This document shows, piece after piece, positions 1 to 9,621 of a stretch of 51,991 bases of DNA. Every line of letters starts with the position of its first letter. Positions within the stretch are counted from its first letter, which is position 1. Source of the stretch: Candidatus Zhuqueibacterota bacterium (GTDB taxonomy: Bacteria; Zhuqueibacterota; Zhuqueibacteria; Oceanimicrobiales; Oceanimicrobiaceae); NCBI GenBank assembly GCA_022562085.1, contig JADFPY010000002.1, positions 1 to 51,991 of the forward strand. Reading direction: 5' to 3'. Under the pieces are notes generated by a model. The model saw only the letters and a list, made by a program, of their open reading frames with translations. It made no database searches and was not told the origin of the DNA. The translations under genes and the position numbers were made by a program.

Positions 1-268
1 CAGCTTCATCTGTTACTAATTCAGTTATTCTCCATTGGCAAAAAATAATTTTTCCACCAAAATACACCGCAAATCACTGAGGGTCACCGAACAAATTCTT
101 AAAAATCTTCTTCTTTTAGAATTAGAAAAATTTTGAAAATCAAGCATTCCAGGCCTATTCTCAAGCCATACAGGTTGAATTCGGTGAATCTCGGTACCCT
201 TCGGCGCTGCTCTCGCTGGAATGTCTTTTTTAACGGGTCATCCATATTTTAAGATAGAAAGGAGTGAC

Positions 269-787
269 ATGAAAATAGCATTATATATTGGTGCCGGCTT
301 AATTATTATTGTTCATCTTCTTGGACTATTCTCAGCAAGAGAAATATATACCGAAATAGAAATTAATGCTTCAGCGAATAGTGTCTGGGAAGTCTTAACG
401 ACGTTTGACGAATATCCGGACTGGAACCCCTTTATTCGAGAAATATCGGGAGAGCTATCAGAAGGTTCGCGATTAAGCGTCTCAATTCAGCCGGTTGGCG
501 GTGATCCGATGGATTTTCAACCAACCTTGATTAAAGCCGATAAGAATCACGAATTAAGATGGATAGGCCGAGTTTTGCTACGTGGGATCTTTGATGGCGA
601 ACACTATCTTATAATTGAGAAGATATCAGAAGAAAAGGTAAATCTTATTCATGGAGAAAATTTTAGCGGTGTACTGGTCCCGTTACTCTGGGGCAGCATG
701 GAATCCGGTACGAAGCAGGGATTCAAAGCCATGAATGAAGCTCTAAAGTCTAAGGTTGAGACTCCTAATCAACAGACCGCAAAATAG
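269..787 (+). CDS. SRPBCC-superfamily protein with N-terminal membrane anchor
   Basis: ORF 221..787. Preferred ATG at 269, preceded by AGGAG at 260-264. Hydrophobic N-terminus IALYIGAGLIIIVHLLGLF, then SRPBCC-like signature NSVWEVLTTFDEYPDWNPF ... LRWIGRV ... GEHYLIIE. Confidence 0.7.
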   Translation: MKIALYIGAGLIIIVHLLGLFSAREIYTEIEINASANSVWEVLTTFDEYPDWNPFIREISGELSEGSRLSVSIQPVGGDPMDFQPTLIKADKNHELRWIGRVLLRGIFDGEHYLIIEKISEEKVNLIHGENFSGVLVPLLWGSMESGTKQGFKAMNEALKSKVETPNQQTAK

Positions 788-814
788 CCTGGTCAATTTT
801 CAAAGAAGCTGACT

Positions 815-1552
815 TTGAAAAAAGATTTATTTTACACCGATGATCTCGCTTACATCCACGATGTTGGATTTGGCGAGTTTGCACTGAAGTCCGCCCCCGG
901 CTTGCTGAACATTTTGCGCCAACGAAAAATATTCGCAGGTCTGGTCGTTGACCTGGGGTGCGGGAGCGGTTTATGGGCACGGGAGCTGACTCAGGCCGGG
1001 TACGATGTTTTGGGAATCGAACAGTCGGCAGCAATGATTGAAATAGCCCGAAAGAAAACACCGAAAGCCAGATTTAAAAAGGACTCTTTTTTAAAAGCGA
1101 AGCTGCCCCTCTGTGATGCAGTAACTTCACTGGGTGAATGTTTCAATTATCTTTTTGATAAGAAAAACAGTAAGAAGGAACTGACACTCCTTTTCTGCCG
1201 CGTTTATAATGCTTTGCGCCCCGGCGGCCTGTTTATTTTTGACGTTGTCGAGCCGGGACAAATAACCGGTTCTACGCCAAACATGAGACATTCACAAGGG
1301 CAGGACTGGGCTATTCTCCTGCAAGTTAATGAAGATCCTAAAATCAACACTTTGACCCGGAAAATGACTATCTTCCGCAAGGCCGGCAAACTTTACAGAC
1401 GGAGTGAAGAGACGCATCGGTTGCAGCTTTACAAAGGGTCTGAAATAGCCGCAATCCTACGCCGTATTGGATTTCATGTAAGGGTTATTCGCGGCTATGG
1501 GAAGCTCCGGTTTAGAAAAGCTCATGTTGGTTTTATAGCCCGCAAGCCTTAA
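815..1552 (+). CDS. class I SAM-dependent methyltransferase
   Basis: TTG start at 815; there is no nearby in-frame ATG. Motif I VVDLGCGSGLWARELTQAGYDVLGIE and post-I/II motifs LRPGGLFIFD. Confidence 0.8.
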   Translation: MKKDLFYTDDLAYIHDVGFGEFALKSAPGLLNILRQRKIFAGLVVDLGCGSGLWARELTQAGYDVLGIEQSAAMIEIARKKTPKARFKKDSFLKAKLPLCDAVTSLGECFNYLFDKKNSKKELTLLFCRVYNALRPGGLFIFDVVEPGQITGSTPNMRHSQGQDWAILLQVNEDPKINTLTRKMTIFRKAGKLYRRSEETHRLQLYKGSEIAAILRRIGFHVRVIRGYGKLRFRKAHVGFIARKP

Positions 1553-1558
1553 AACACC

Positions 1559-2434
1559 ATGCAAAACTTAGAAGATTGGTACAGTTCAGGTGAACGGATC
1601 AACGTTGTGCCCGCACAAAAGGGAGGGAGTGAAGGCTTCAACATTTTTTGCAAGGTCGAGGGCAAAGGCCCGTGGTTGACGTTTCTGCACGGCTTTCCGA
1701 CCTGCTCATGGGATTGGGCAAAACTTATCCCTGAATTAAGAAATCAGCAAAAATTACTGCTGTTCGACTTCCTCGGCTTCGGAGATTCCGACAAACCGAC
1801 ACGGCACAAGTACTCCATTTTCGAGCAAGCCGATATTACAGAGGTTCTCTGGCAGCATTTCAATGTCGATGAGACCATTTTGGTTGCTCACGATTATGGC
1901 GACACAGTGGCTCTCGAGCTTTTAAGCCGTCAGGAGGATGGGCAGCTTTCAACAAAAATCAGTCGAGTCGTTATGCTCAATGGCGGCATCTACGTCGATT
2001 ATCAACGACCGCTTCTGATTCAAAGGTTGCTATGTAAACCTATACTGGGTTTTTTAATTTCACAAGTTCTCACCCAGAGCACCTTCAAAAAACGCTTTGC
2101 ATCTATTTTCTCAAAGTCCAATCCGATCTTGGATTCAGAGCTTGAGCAGTACTGGCAGGTCGTCAGCCTGGGAGGCGGAGTAAAAATCACTCACCGAATC
2201 ATCCGATATCTATCGGAGCGGCGAAAATATAAAACGCGCTGGGAAAACAGTCTGGAGAATTCAAAAACCCCGATTCGGTTCATCTGGGGGTTAGAGGATC
2301 CGGTTTCGGGGAGATCAATTTCGGAACAAATCAAGCGACGCCTTCCAGGCGCTGACTTGATGGAAATTGAAGGAGTGGGGCACTATCCGCAGTTGGAAGT
2401 ACCTGATGTGGTTCGAGAAGCGATAAGCGAATAG
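1559..2434 (+). CDS. alpha/beta-fold hydrolase
   Basis: HG motif LTFLHGFPTCSWDW, nucleophile-elbow position AHDYGD, C-terminal GVGHYPQLE catalytic-His region. The length (291 aa) is typical. Confidence 0.8.
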   Translation: MQNLEDWYSSGERINVVPAQKGGSEGFNIFCKVEGKGPWLTFLHGFPTCSWDWAKLIPELRNQQKLLLFDFLGFGDSDKPTRHKYSIFEQADITEVLWQHFNVDETILVAHDYGDTVALELLSRQEDGQLSTKISRVVMLNGGIYVDYQRPLLIQRLLCKPILGFLISQVLTQSTFKKRFASIFSKSNPILDSELEQYWQVVSLGGGVKITHRIIRYLSERRKYKTRWENSLENSKTPIRFIWGLEDPVSGRSISEQIKRRLPGADLMEIEGVGHYPQLEVPDVVREAISE

Positions 2435-2477
2435 CGCATTAATCGCTCTTCGCCGTTTCGCTCTTCGAAAAAAATGC

Positions 2478-4043
2478 TCAATGTCCCTGGTCGTTCGTCA
2501 TTGGCGGCTCAGGCTTTGGCAGCGGCTTGCGTGGCAGCTTTGCATCCCGCATGGCGGTGTGATAAACAAACGAGGCCATGATCACCGAAGCCTGCATCAA
2601 GTCGCTTTTGAGCGCGTGATCGTAGACATCCATGTTTGTGTGGTGTGTGCGAGTACTGTAGTCGATTTGATCTTGGATGAATTGAAAGCCCGGCAATCCG
2701 ACCGCGTCAAACGCAAGATGGTCTGTTCCCCCGGTATCCCTGATGGTCAAAGTAGAGGCGCCTAAATCATTAAACGGTTTTAAGAAAGTTTCAAAAACGG
2801 GGCGAATGGCATCGTTTCCCTGCAGATAGACGCCCCTGATTTTTCCGGTTCCGTTATCCAAATTAAAGTAGCCCGAGAAATTTTTATGAGCTGACTTTAA
2901 CTTCATGGTTTTTCGGTCGCCAAAGTGTTTAGCAACATAACCCCGCGAGCCGTGCAGCCCTTGTTCCTCACCGCCCCAAAGTCCAACCCGGATGGTCCGG
3001 CGCGGTTTAACACCGATTGCTTTCAAAATACGGACTGCTTCCAGGGCAACCGCACACCCGGATGCATTGTCGGTTGAGCCCGTACCGGAATGCCAGGAGT
3101 CAAGGTGACCGCCAAGCATGACAACCTGATCTTTCAGCTTTTTATCGGTGCCGGCAATTTCACCGACAACGTTGTACCCCATTGAATCGTCTTCAAAGAA
3201 CTCGCTTTTGACATTGATCTCAAGCTTCACCGGAATATCGTGTTCGAGCAGCCTGGCAATTCGTGAGTAGTGTTCTATTGAAACCGTGAGTGCCGGTACG
3301 GCACTCTCCTCACCCATTTTATAGGAACCCCCGCTACCAACTCGGATGGTGCCATGCTCTCTTTGGCTGCCATCCAGCACAACGGCTACTTGCTCTTTTT
3401 TGAAAAACTTACTAATCTTGTTTCTCAGCGCTCGCCGGTGACGAAACTCCGCCCGTCTCGCCGACCGAGATGGTCTGGCGCCAGGTTCCGGGGCCTCTAC
3501 TAACTTTGCTAAATCCTCTTCGCTGCGACGTTTAGCATCAGCTTTAAAATGAGTTTCAGCCTCCCGACTCGGCTTCTGCATGACAATCGCACCCTTCAGC
3601 GTCCCTTTATATTTTTCAAAATCTTCCTCAGATTTGATGTCAACCAGAACCGGCTGGCCGGAAATCGTGCCGTCGGTTCCGGGTGTCCAGGCTTTCGGGT
3701 AAGCGATAAGATTGACATACTGCGGTTCAAGCATTTCGATTGAATATCGTTCGACCGCCCAGCCGCGCCCAAAGCCGCCCCAGGACTCCAATTTGGCGTT
3801 GACCAGACCCCACTCAGTCATTTTATCCACGCACCATTGGCTGGCCGCCTGGTAATTCGGGGAGTTGGTCAAGCGCGGTCCGTGAACATCTGTCAGGTAA
3901 AACATGGTTTCCATGACTTGCGAGTTCTTGAACCCTTCAGCTTTGATTTTGGAAACCATGGTCCAGTCGATTGGCTCCTGTGCGTTCGCGGTAAAAGTGA
4001 CAGCGAAGAGAAGCAGTAAACAAATAACAGAGTACTTTTTCAT
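2478..4043 (-). CDS. secreted M28-family metallo-aminopeptidase
   Basis: Signal peptide MKKYSVICLLLLFAVTFTANAQ. M28 metal-ligand motifs GGHLDSW, TDNASGCAV, WGGEEQGLHGS, FNLDNGTG, GGTDHLAF. Confidence 0.85.
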   Translation of the reverse strand: MKKYSVICLLLLFAVTFTANAQEPIDWTMVSKIKAEGFKNSQVMETMFYLTDVHGPRLTNSPNYQAASQWCVDKMTEWGLVNAKLESWGGFGRGWAVERYSIEMLEPQYVNLIAYPKAWTPGTDGTISGQPVLVDIKSEEDFEKYKGTLKGAIVMQKPSREAETHFKADAKRRSEEDLAKLVEAPEPGARPSRSARRAEFRHRRALRNKISKFFKKEQVAVVLDGSQREHGTIRVGSGGSYKMGEESAVPALTVSIEHYSRIARLLEHDIPVKLEINVKSEFFEDDSMGYNVVGEIAGTDKKLKDQVVMLGGHLDSWHSGTGSTDNASGCAVALEAVRILKAIGVKPRRTIRVGLWGGEEQGLHGSRGYVAKHFGDRKTMKLKSAHKNFSGYFNLDNGTGKIRGVYLQGNDAIRPVFETFLKPFNDLGASTLTIRDTGGTDHLAFDAVGLPGFQFIQDQIDYSTRTHHTNMDVYDHALKSDLMQASVIMASFVYHTAMRDAKLPRKPLPKPEPPMTNDQGH

Positions 4044-4143
4044 TGTAACCTTCCAGTCTTATATGAGTTTTGTAAACGAAATGAGCGTAAATATAAAAAT
4101 CAAATGGTTTAGATACAATATATTTTTAAGATTTCTTAAAAAT
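3983..4143. repeat. Copy A of a ~160-bp imperfect direct repeat (5' end of the M28 gene plus its upstream region)
   Basis: Aligns by eye with 39096..39257, in the same orientation. There is an identical 24-mer TGACAGCGAAGAGAAGCAGTAAAC at 3998-4021 and 39113-39136. Shared blocks are CTTTTTCATTGT, AATGAGC, AATATAAAAA, AAATGGTTT(A/G)GATACAA and TTTTTAAGATTTCTTA. Overall roughly four-fifths identical, with a few short indels. Confidence 0.85.
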
Positions 4144-4412
4144 TGGTAGTAGAGGAGAGGGCTGGCAGCCAGCGGCAACCCGAAAATGGATATAGCGGTT
4201 ACGGAAGTGTCTTTCCTGCCCGCACTGGTTTTTGACGGTTGAGAAGGTTGCTGAGTCGGAAGATTATAAGAAGTGGATTGAGGGTGAGAGATAAAGATCA
4301 ATTCTGATTCATTTTTTTAACGCAGAAATGAGTTGCCGGCGGTGCATGTTGACCAATGTTGGAAAAGGCAAATAAGTCTGCATGAGAACGAAGCTTCGTC
4401 AGAGTCGCACTA

Positions 4413-5432
4413 TTAGCCGGTCTGCTCCAGTGTATTGTTATTTTCTCCCTTTTCTGCAGGTGGGCCAATCAAAAAAGAAATTGTTTTTGACAATCCCTTC
4501 CGTAATGGAGTGGGAGACCAGTTTAGTTCCTGCTGGGCTTTCTTACTTTGAGGACGTGCCTTCCATTGCATAAAATGCAATTGTCCTTTGGGGATCAAGG
4601 GCGGTTTGTTAATAATTCCAGCCAACCATTCTCCCAAATTGGAAATCATTTTTACGACAGGTAGAGGCATCACGGGAGGCACTTTTTTGTTGATACCCAG
4701 TTCTTCCAGAATAATTTGAGTCAGTTGAGGTAAGTCATAGTAAGATTCACACAAAATATACCGACTTCCTACTTCTGCTTTTTGTTCAGCAAGTACATGT
4801 CCTTCTCCAACGTCGGGAGCATAAACCACGGGATAACCTCCAGGCAAAAGGACAGGAACTTCCCGCTTATATAATTTTAAAATGAAGTCATTTGTTCCAG
4901 GAGAATCCGTAGGGCCAGGTCCGTAAAGTCCAGAGGGATGTAGAAAGAGGGCGGGCAATCCTTTTTCTAAAGCAGCGACAACTCGTTGATCCGCAAGCTG
5001 TTTGGAACGCGCATAATAGGTTCCCTTCGGTTGAGAATCAATAATGCTTTCATCATATTCCTGACCTGTCCCTGCGGCAAACACATCAATGGTGCTTGTA
5101 TAGATGAATCGTTTTATCTTCTGCTCCAAAGCAACATCGATCATGTTTTGAGTTCCTTCGACATTCACACGTTGGAAAATATCAGGATCTTTCATCCATT
5201 GTTCGGGAAAACCCGCAACATGATAAACAATAGAACAACCTTTCATGGCTTTTACTAAGGAATCTTTATCGGTGATGTCCCCTTGGACCAACCTACATTC
5301 TTCCGGTAAAAGTCTTTTCCCTTTCTCAGTGGAACGAACCAAAGCTTTCACTCTTCGATTTCGCTTCAAAAGGGCATCAACAACATTATAGCCCACAAGG
5401 CCTGTAGCGCCGGTCACTAATGTTGTCTCCAT
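4413..5432 (-). CDS. NAD(P)-dependent epimerase/dehydratase (extended SDR, dihydroflavonol-reductase-like)
   Basis: N-terminal Rossmann motif VTGATGLVGYNVV. YxxxK region YARSKQLAD. 339 aa. Confidence 0.85.
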   Translation of the reverse strand: METTLVTGATGLVGYNVVDALLKRNRRVKALVRSTEKGKRLLPEECRLVQGDITDKDSLVKAMKGCSIVYHVAGFPEQWMKDPDIFQRVNVEGTQNMIDVALEQKIKRFIYTSTIDVFAAGTGQEYDESIIDSQPKGTYYARSKQLADQRVVAALEKGLPALFLHPSGLYGPGPTDSPGTNDFILKLYKREVPVLLPGGYPVVYAPDVGEGHVLAEQKAEVGSRYILCESYYDLPQLTQIILEELGINKKVPPVMPLPVVKMISNLGEWLAGIINKPPLIPKGQLHFMQWKARPQSKKAQQELNWSPTPLRKGLSKTISFLIGPPAEKGENNNTLEQTG

Positions 5433-5699
5433 AATTTACCCTACTCTTTTGATAAATTGCCTGACCAAGCTACTTTATGGATGATTTGAAAATAACGGAT
5501 TGCAGTTCAGCCGTAGCGGAGTCGTCAGCAATGAAGCTGCAGGACAAAAATAACCTTGCCAATTCAGTTTATGCATAACGCGCAGGTCTCGCACACTGCT
5601 CCTGTAAATGTTGTGCCAGAATTCAAGCATTTTCGGCTCTCGTTCGAGCGACTGCTCTCGTCAGTCCATTATCAGGTAGCGTGGCAGATACCGGCCATT

Positions 5700-7142
5700 C
5701 TACTCTTGAGAATTAGAAGGCAGAAGTTCATCCAGAAGCGCCCGATACGCCACGATCAACCTATGGTAAGTCAGGGCATTTTGTGCATAAGTCAACTTCG
5801 CGTTCTGCTCATTGTCCTGGCTCTGAATCACAAAAGTCAGTTCGCCCCGTCCCTGGTTGTATAGCTTTAGTTCCTCCTCTGTCCTCTCTTTTGCGGATTG
5901 AATCTGTTCCTGGTTGAGTGTTAAAACTCGCTCCAATTCTGTGATTTGGATGTAAATGTTGGTCACAGCAGACTCGAGGTCCAGAGAAATTTCATGCAAC
6001 TGTTCCTGAATTTGTTTTAGTTGGAGATCCGTTTTTGCAACCTGAGATTTTGCCGTACGATTCTGTAGAGGAACCCGAAATTGCAACCCGACCACCCAAT
6101 CGGGTTTGTCTAATACAAATGATTTCCCCAGTGCGGTATCAATGCTTTTTGTGTTAAACTGTGCCACCAATGACAGATCGGGCTTCAGAGTCTCTTCGAA
6201 GCCCTTCCGACTATAGCCAATTTGCTGCACCCGGAAATCGATGGCTTTGATGAGCCGGGAGTTTTCCTTTACTTGTCCAGTCGCTGTCTCAAGAGACGGA
6301 AGTTCGATAACACCATAGAGATCAAACTCTGGCTCTGCGGTGTTGAGCTCGCTGGACTGCGACAATACGGCCAACTCGGCCCGTACGGCCTTCAGTTGAG
6401 ACTCAACCAAAACCAGGTTCTGTTTCGAAATGCGGACAGCATCCTCTGCTCGAATGACATCTACTTGATCGACAAGGTTTGCCGCCCTCTTTCTTTCCGT
6501 CCTGGCTAGCTCTTCCTCACTGAGTTTCGAGCGCTCGGTTACTATCTTTATTTGCTCCATGAAAAAAACCCAGTCGAGAAATTTTCCAGCCAAAGTAGCC
6601 AAGAAATCTTCCTGATTTTCAAGAGCTACGACTTCTGAAAAATCTATGTCGAATTGCTTCAGCTCAAATTGGAATTTGTCCAAAAAGCCGTTCCTGTTTT
6701 TCAGCAACGGGTGGCTATAGGTCAGTGCGAATTGATTTTGATAAAACGCGTCCGGAACTTCAAAAACAGGACGGATATCCAAATACGCGCGACCCGAGGT
6801 GAATGAGACCGTCAATCGGCCACCTGTTTTCCAGAATAGTCTTTCAACCCCACCATTTATCGTCACAGCATCGGTTCTTTCGGGTCCTGCAAAGGCGATG
6901 GCAGGAGTTTCTCGCGAAAGATTCACTGAGGAAAACACGTTCCAGTCCTGCGTTCCTAAATTACTATTCTGCTCTTCTCGTTCGATTTGGGCGGTTAGTT
7001 TTTCCTTCTCAAAAATGGGATGCTTTTGCTGCAATTGATCAAGGAATGTTTCTAAGGTGATCGTCTGCGCGCCTGCTCTAGAGGCAAGGCTGATGCCCCA
7101 TAGGGCCGGCAATAATAATATCAATCTCTTAAGTATCATCAT
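5700..7142 (-). CDS. TolC-family outer-membrane efflux protein
   Basis: ORF 5700..7241. Preferred start is the ATG-ATG at 7142/7139, preceded by AGGAGG, giving signal peptide MMILKRLILLLPALWGISLASRAGAQ. Two-repeat coiled-coil/barrel pattern with LTLNQEQIQSAKE and LLDELL, typical of outer-membrane factors. Confidence 0.8.
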   Translation of the reverse strand: MMILKRLILLLPALWGISLASRAGAQTITLETFLDQLQQKHPIFEKEKLTAQIEREEQNSNLGTQDWNVFSSVNLSRETPAIAFAGPERTDAVTINGGVERLFWKTGGRLTVSFTSGRAYLDIRPVFEVPDAFYQNQFALTYSHPLLKNRNGFLDKFQFELKQFDIDFSEVVALENQEDFLATLAGKFLDWVFFMEQIKIVTERSKLSEEELARTERKRAANLVDQVDVIRAEDAVRISKQNLVLVESQLKAVRAELAVLSQSSELNTAEPEFDLYGVIELPSLETATGQVKENSRLIKAIDFRVQQIGYSRKGFEETLKPDLSLVAQFNTKSIDTALGKSFVLDKPDWVVGLQFRVPLQNRTAKSQVAKTDLQLKQIQEQLHEISLDLESAVTNIYIQITELERVLTLNQEQIQSAKERTEEELKLYNQGRGELTFVIQSQDNEQNAKLTYAQNALTYHRLIVAYRALLDELLPSNSQE

Positions 7143-7525
7143 ACATCCTCCTATATAGTAAGAGCACGGAGAGTGAAGAGCGGCACGATTGCTTGCCCGC
7201 TCTACTCTATACGCTTTACGCCCTTTCCGGTTAACCTCCAAACACGAAACCCGCCCTAAAGAATATTCGACTATCTATCACAAGTTATACCCACAGGAAA
7301 ATTTCCTTACCCGCTTTTCACCCATCTAAGTACATTGAAACTCTCATGCCACAATATAGGTTATCGTGCATTAACACACAGGGTTCAGCCTGCCCAAAGT
7401 CGACCTGCGCTTCTTCGCCTGGAGCGGTGTGAATGCGCGCACTATCCCAACGGCTAGTGAAACCGGCCCCGCTCCGTGCGGACCCGCATGTGGGGAGGCG
7501 GGGAAAGAACCGCCGCCAGCTTTTT

Positions 7526-7870
7526 TTAATAAAAGGAGTCACCGCAAGCGTAACCTTCGACGATCTTGCCGTCCGCAATGCGATCGATGTGCACTGCTGT
7601 GATAATCTTTCGACTATCCTGGTTTATGCAAGTGACCTGGTAATGTATAACCACTTTGTCTCCTTCCGCAATCATATCCAACTGGCTGAATTCTAGTTGG
7701 CTAAAAGCGGCGCGAAAATCTTTCATGACTTTTCTTAATCCGTCGCGATTCTTCCAGGCGTTGGCTGTAGTAAAGCCATCCGCCACGTATTCATCCAAAC
7801 GTTCCACATCACCCGTGATCATTTCTTCAAAAAAACGCCGCACCAGAGATTTGTTCTGCTCTATCGACAT
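7526..7870 (-). CDS. SnoaL-like / ester-cyclase family protein (NTF2 fold)
   Basis: ORF 7526..7897. Preferred ATG at 7870 with GGAGG at 7876-7880. N-terminus MSIEQNKSLVRRFFEEMITGDVERLDEYVADGF and C-terminus IADGKIVE are typical of ester cyclases. Confidence 0.7.
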   Translation of the reverse strand: MSIEQNKSLVRRFFEEMITGDVERLDEYVADGFTTANAWKNRDGLRKVMKDFRAAFSQLEFSQLDMIAEGDKVVIHYQVTCINQDSRKIITAVHIDRIADGKIVEGYACGDSFY

Positions 7871-7886
7871 TGCTACCTCCTTTCGT

Positions 7887-7896
7887 ATGTCCAGCA
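7887..7896. repeat. Left copy of the 10-bp target-site duplication ATGTCCAGCA
   Basis: An identical 10-mer occurs at 9544-9553, immediately outside the two IS termini. Confidence 0.85.
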
Positions 7897-9543
7897 TAGA
7901 CTTCTGTATGGGTTAATAACCTATTGTAAATAAAAGGCTTGAATTAGTAATTATTCCTTGCATTTCCTCCAAGATATCACTATATTTAACTTGTTTATTA
8001 TCAAAGGATTACTATTCGAAATCGGAGGCATATTTTGGACAATTTTCAAACTTCACTTTTCTATAGCTTACAAACCTTCATCGAATCTTCACCGCTTTAC
8101 AGAAAGTATTTTTATCTGTTTCAGGCGTTGGATTTATCTGACCTGCCAGACAGAAATTGGGGTGTCGGCTGCACCGGCTATTCTCGCAGAGCTATGCTGA
8201 GAGCACTCATCGTAAAGACTCTTGAAGGTATTGTCTCGATTCCTCGTCTGGTTGAATATCTCCAGAATCATCCGGTCATCGCTGAAATGTGCGGCTTCAA
8301 CATGATGAAAAAACTGCCGGATGAAAGCCAATTTTATCGCTTCTTGAAGCACATCAATAATTCTGTATTAGAGAAAATTCATCATAAGATTAACAAAACC
8401 CTCATCGAGCAGGGTGTCATCTCCATGGATACCTTTATTCTCGATTCTAAGCCCATTATGGCTGCCAGCAAAGACAATAACTTCAAAAATCCGAACCGAA
8501 ACACCACAAATAAAAAAAAGCCTAAAAGAAATCCCACCGCTACTCTGAGTTATTATTCATATCAAGAAATCAGTGGCAAAAAACACTTCATCTTCTTTTG
8601 GGGATACCGAACCCATGTCATTGTCTCAAAAGAAGGTATCCCACTCATTGAACTGACCTTGCCCAACAACCAGACCGATGCCAAAGTCGCCAAAAAGCTC
8701 ATCAACAAACTCAAAAAAGTTTACGGCTTCAAGAAAAAATCTATCTTCATAGCTGATGCCGCTTATGATGAAAAGGATATGTACAATTTCATTGTCGAGC
8801 AACTCAAATGTCAAGCCTTTATCCCTATCAATCCCAGAAACACACAACCCGAAAAAACCTTCGGCACAAAAGGACTGCCTTTATGTGAGGCCAACTTAGA
8901 AATGAAATCCAATGGCAGATTCAGGGAAGCCAAAAGAGAACGCATCAAGTTTAGATGCCCGTTAAAAACCGATAAAAAATTTGCACAAAAGTATCCGCAG
9001 GGCTGTCCGGTTAACCACCCGCGTTTCTTTGAAGGAAAACAATACGGTTGTACCAAATATTTGGACATTACCAATGATGCCAGAGCAAAAATCCCCAGAG
9101 ACAGCGCCTTCTTTAAAGAAACCTATAAATTACGCACCGAAGTCGAACGATACTTCTCCAGACTGGGCAATCGCGAAATTGAACAAACTACCTATTACAA
9201 AAGCAAAGCCATCAAAAACCAGATGACCCTTGCACATATGTCTCTATCACTAGTGGCTTATGCAGCGGCCATCCTCATGGAAAATCCCCATAAAATCAGA
9301 TGCTTCAGGACTTTTGCACAGCAGCCGCTCGCTTTTAAAAAAGCTGCATAGACCTCATAATTATCAAAGAACATCTACTAACTTTACTCCGGGTGGAGGA
9401 CTCACCCTTGACTAATCTAAGCTGATTATCTCCTGAAAATCCCAATCCTTACCCACACTGTTGTTACTCTCTATTCGCTATCTCAACCAGTTATTCGCAT
9501 CTCTCAATCTAATGCTTCTCTCCCCCTATTTTGCAGAAGTCTA
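7897..9543 (+). mobile_element. Intact insertion sequence (1647 bp), DDE transposase of the IS4/IS5 superfamily (IS5/IS1182-like, DUF772-type N-terminus)
   Basis: The termini TAGACTTCTG (7897-7906) and CAGAAGTCTA (9534-9543) are perfect 10-bp inverted repeats. They are flanked by the 10-bp direct repeat ATGTCCAGCA. There is a single transposase ORF inside. Confidence 0.85.
8035..9351 (+). CDS. DDE transposase (DDE_Tnp_1-like)
   Basis: TTG start at 8035 with GGAGG at 8024-8028. N-terminal DUF772-like YSRRAMLRALIVKTLEGIVSIPRLVEYL. Candidate catalytic residues are in FILDSKPI and FIADAAYD, plus the Y-x2-R-x3-E signature YKLRTEVERYFSRL. Confidence 0.85.
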   Translation: MDNFQTSLFYSLQTFIESSPLYRKYFYLFQALDLSDLPDRNWGVGCTGYSRRAMLRALIVKTLEGIVSIPRLVEYLQNHPVIAEMCGFNMMKKLPDESQFYRFLKHINNSVLEKIHHKINKTLIEQGVISMDTFILDSKPIMAASKDNNFKNPNRNTTNKKKPKRNPTATLSYYSYQEISGKKHFIFFWGYRTHVIVSKEGIPLIELTLPNNQTDAKVAKKLINKLKKVYGFKKKSIFIADAAYDEKDMYNFIVEQLKCQAFIPINPRNTQPEKTFGTKGLPLCEANLEMKSNGRFREAKRERIKFRCPLKTDKKFAQKYPQGCPVNHPRFFEGKQYGCTKYLDITNDARAKIPRDSAFFKETYKLRTEVERYFSRLGNREIEQTTYYKSKAIKNQMTLAHMSLSLVAYAAAILMENPHKIRCFRTFAQQPLAFKKAA

Positions 9544-9553
9544 ATGTCCAGCA
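9544..9553. repeat. Right copy of the 10-bp target-site duplication ATGTCCAGCA
   Basis: Identical to 7887-7896 and directly abuts the right IS terminus. Confidence 0.85.
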
Positions 9554-9621
9554 ATATGTGATTCTAATATTTACATACAAATTGAGCTACTCTCAACCTT
9601 AATGTCAACAGATTTTAATGT

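Noticed and set aside
1-9. The reverse complement of nt 1-9 reads ATG AAG CTG, possibly the start of a minus-strand gene running off the window
   Set aside because: Only three codons are visible, so the call cannot be supported.
2435-2477. Possible bidirectional terminator between the convergent hydrolase and M28 genes (GCGAATAGCGC-ATTAAT-CGCTCTTCGC, with repeated CGCTCTTCG)
   Set aside because: The stem has a mismatch and partly lies in coding sequence. Neither strand has a proper U-tract directly after the stem.
4059-4301. 80-aa minus-strand ORF in the gap between the epimerase and M28 genes
   Set aside because: It overlaps the conserved promoter block of the M28 gene. Its translation is low-complexity (Ser/Thr/Pro/Gln) with no RBS.
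7300-7525. GC-rich patch between the TolC-family and SnoaL-like genes. It includes ORF 7318-7578 and a GGCGG-N8-CCGCC hairpin followed by T7 on the plus strand. It was considered as an ncRNA/riboswitch or a terminator.
   Set aside because: I could place no riboswitch, RNase P, SRP or tmRNA consensus. The T-tract is on the wrong strand for the flanking minus-strand genes, and the ORF translation is Arg/Ser/Gly-rich junk. It is left unannotated.
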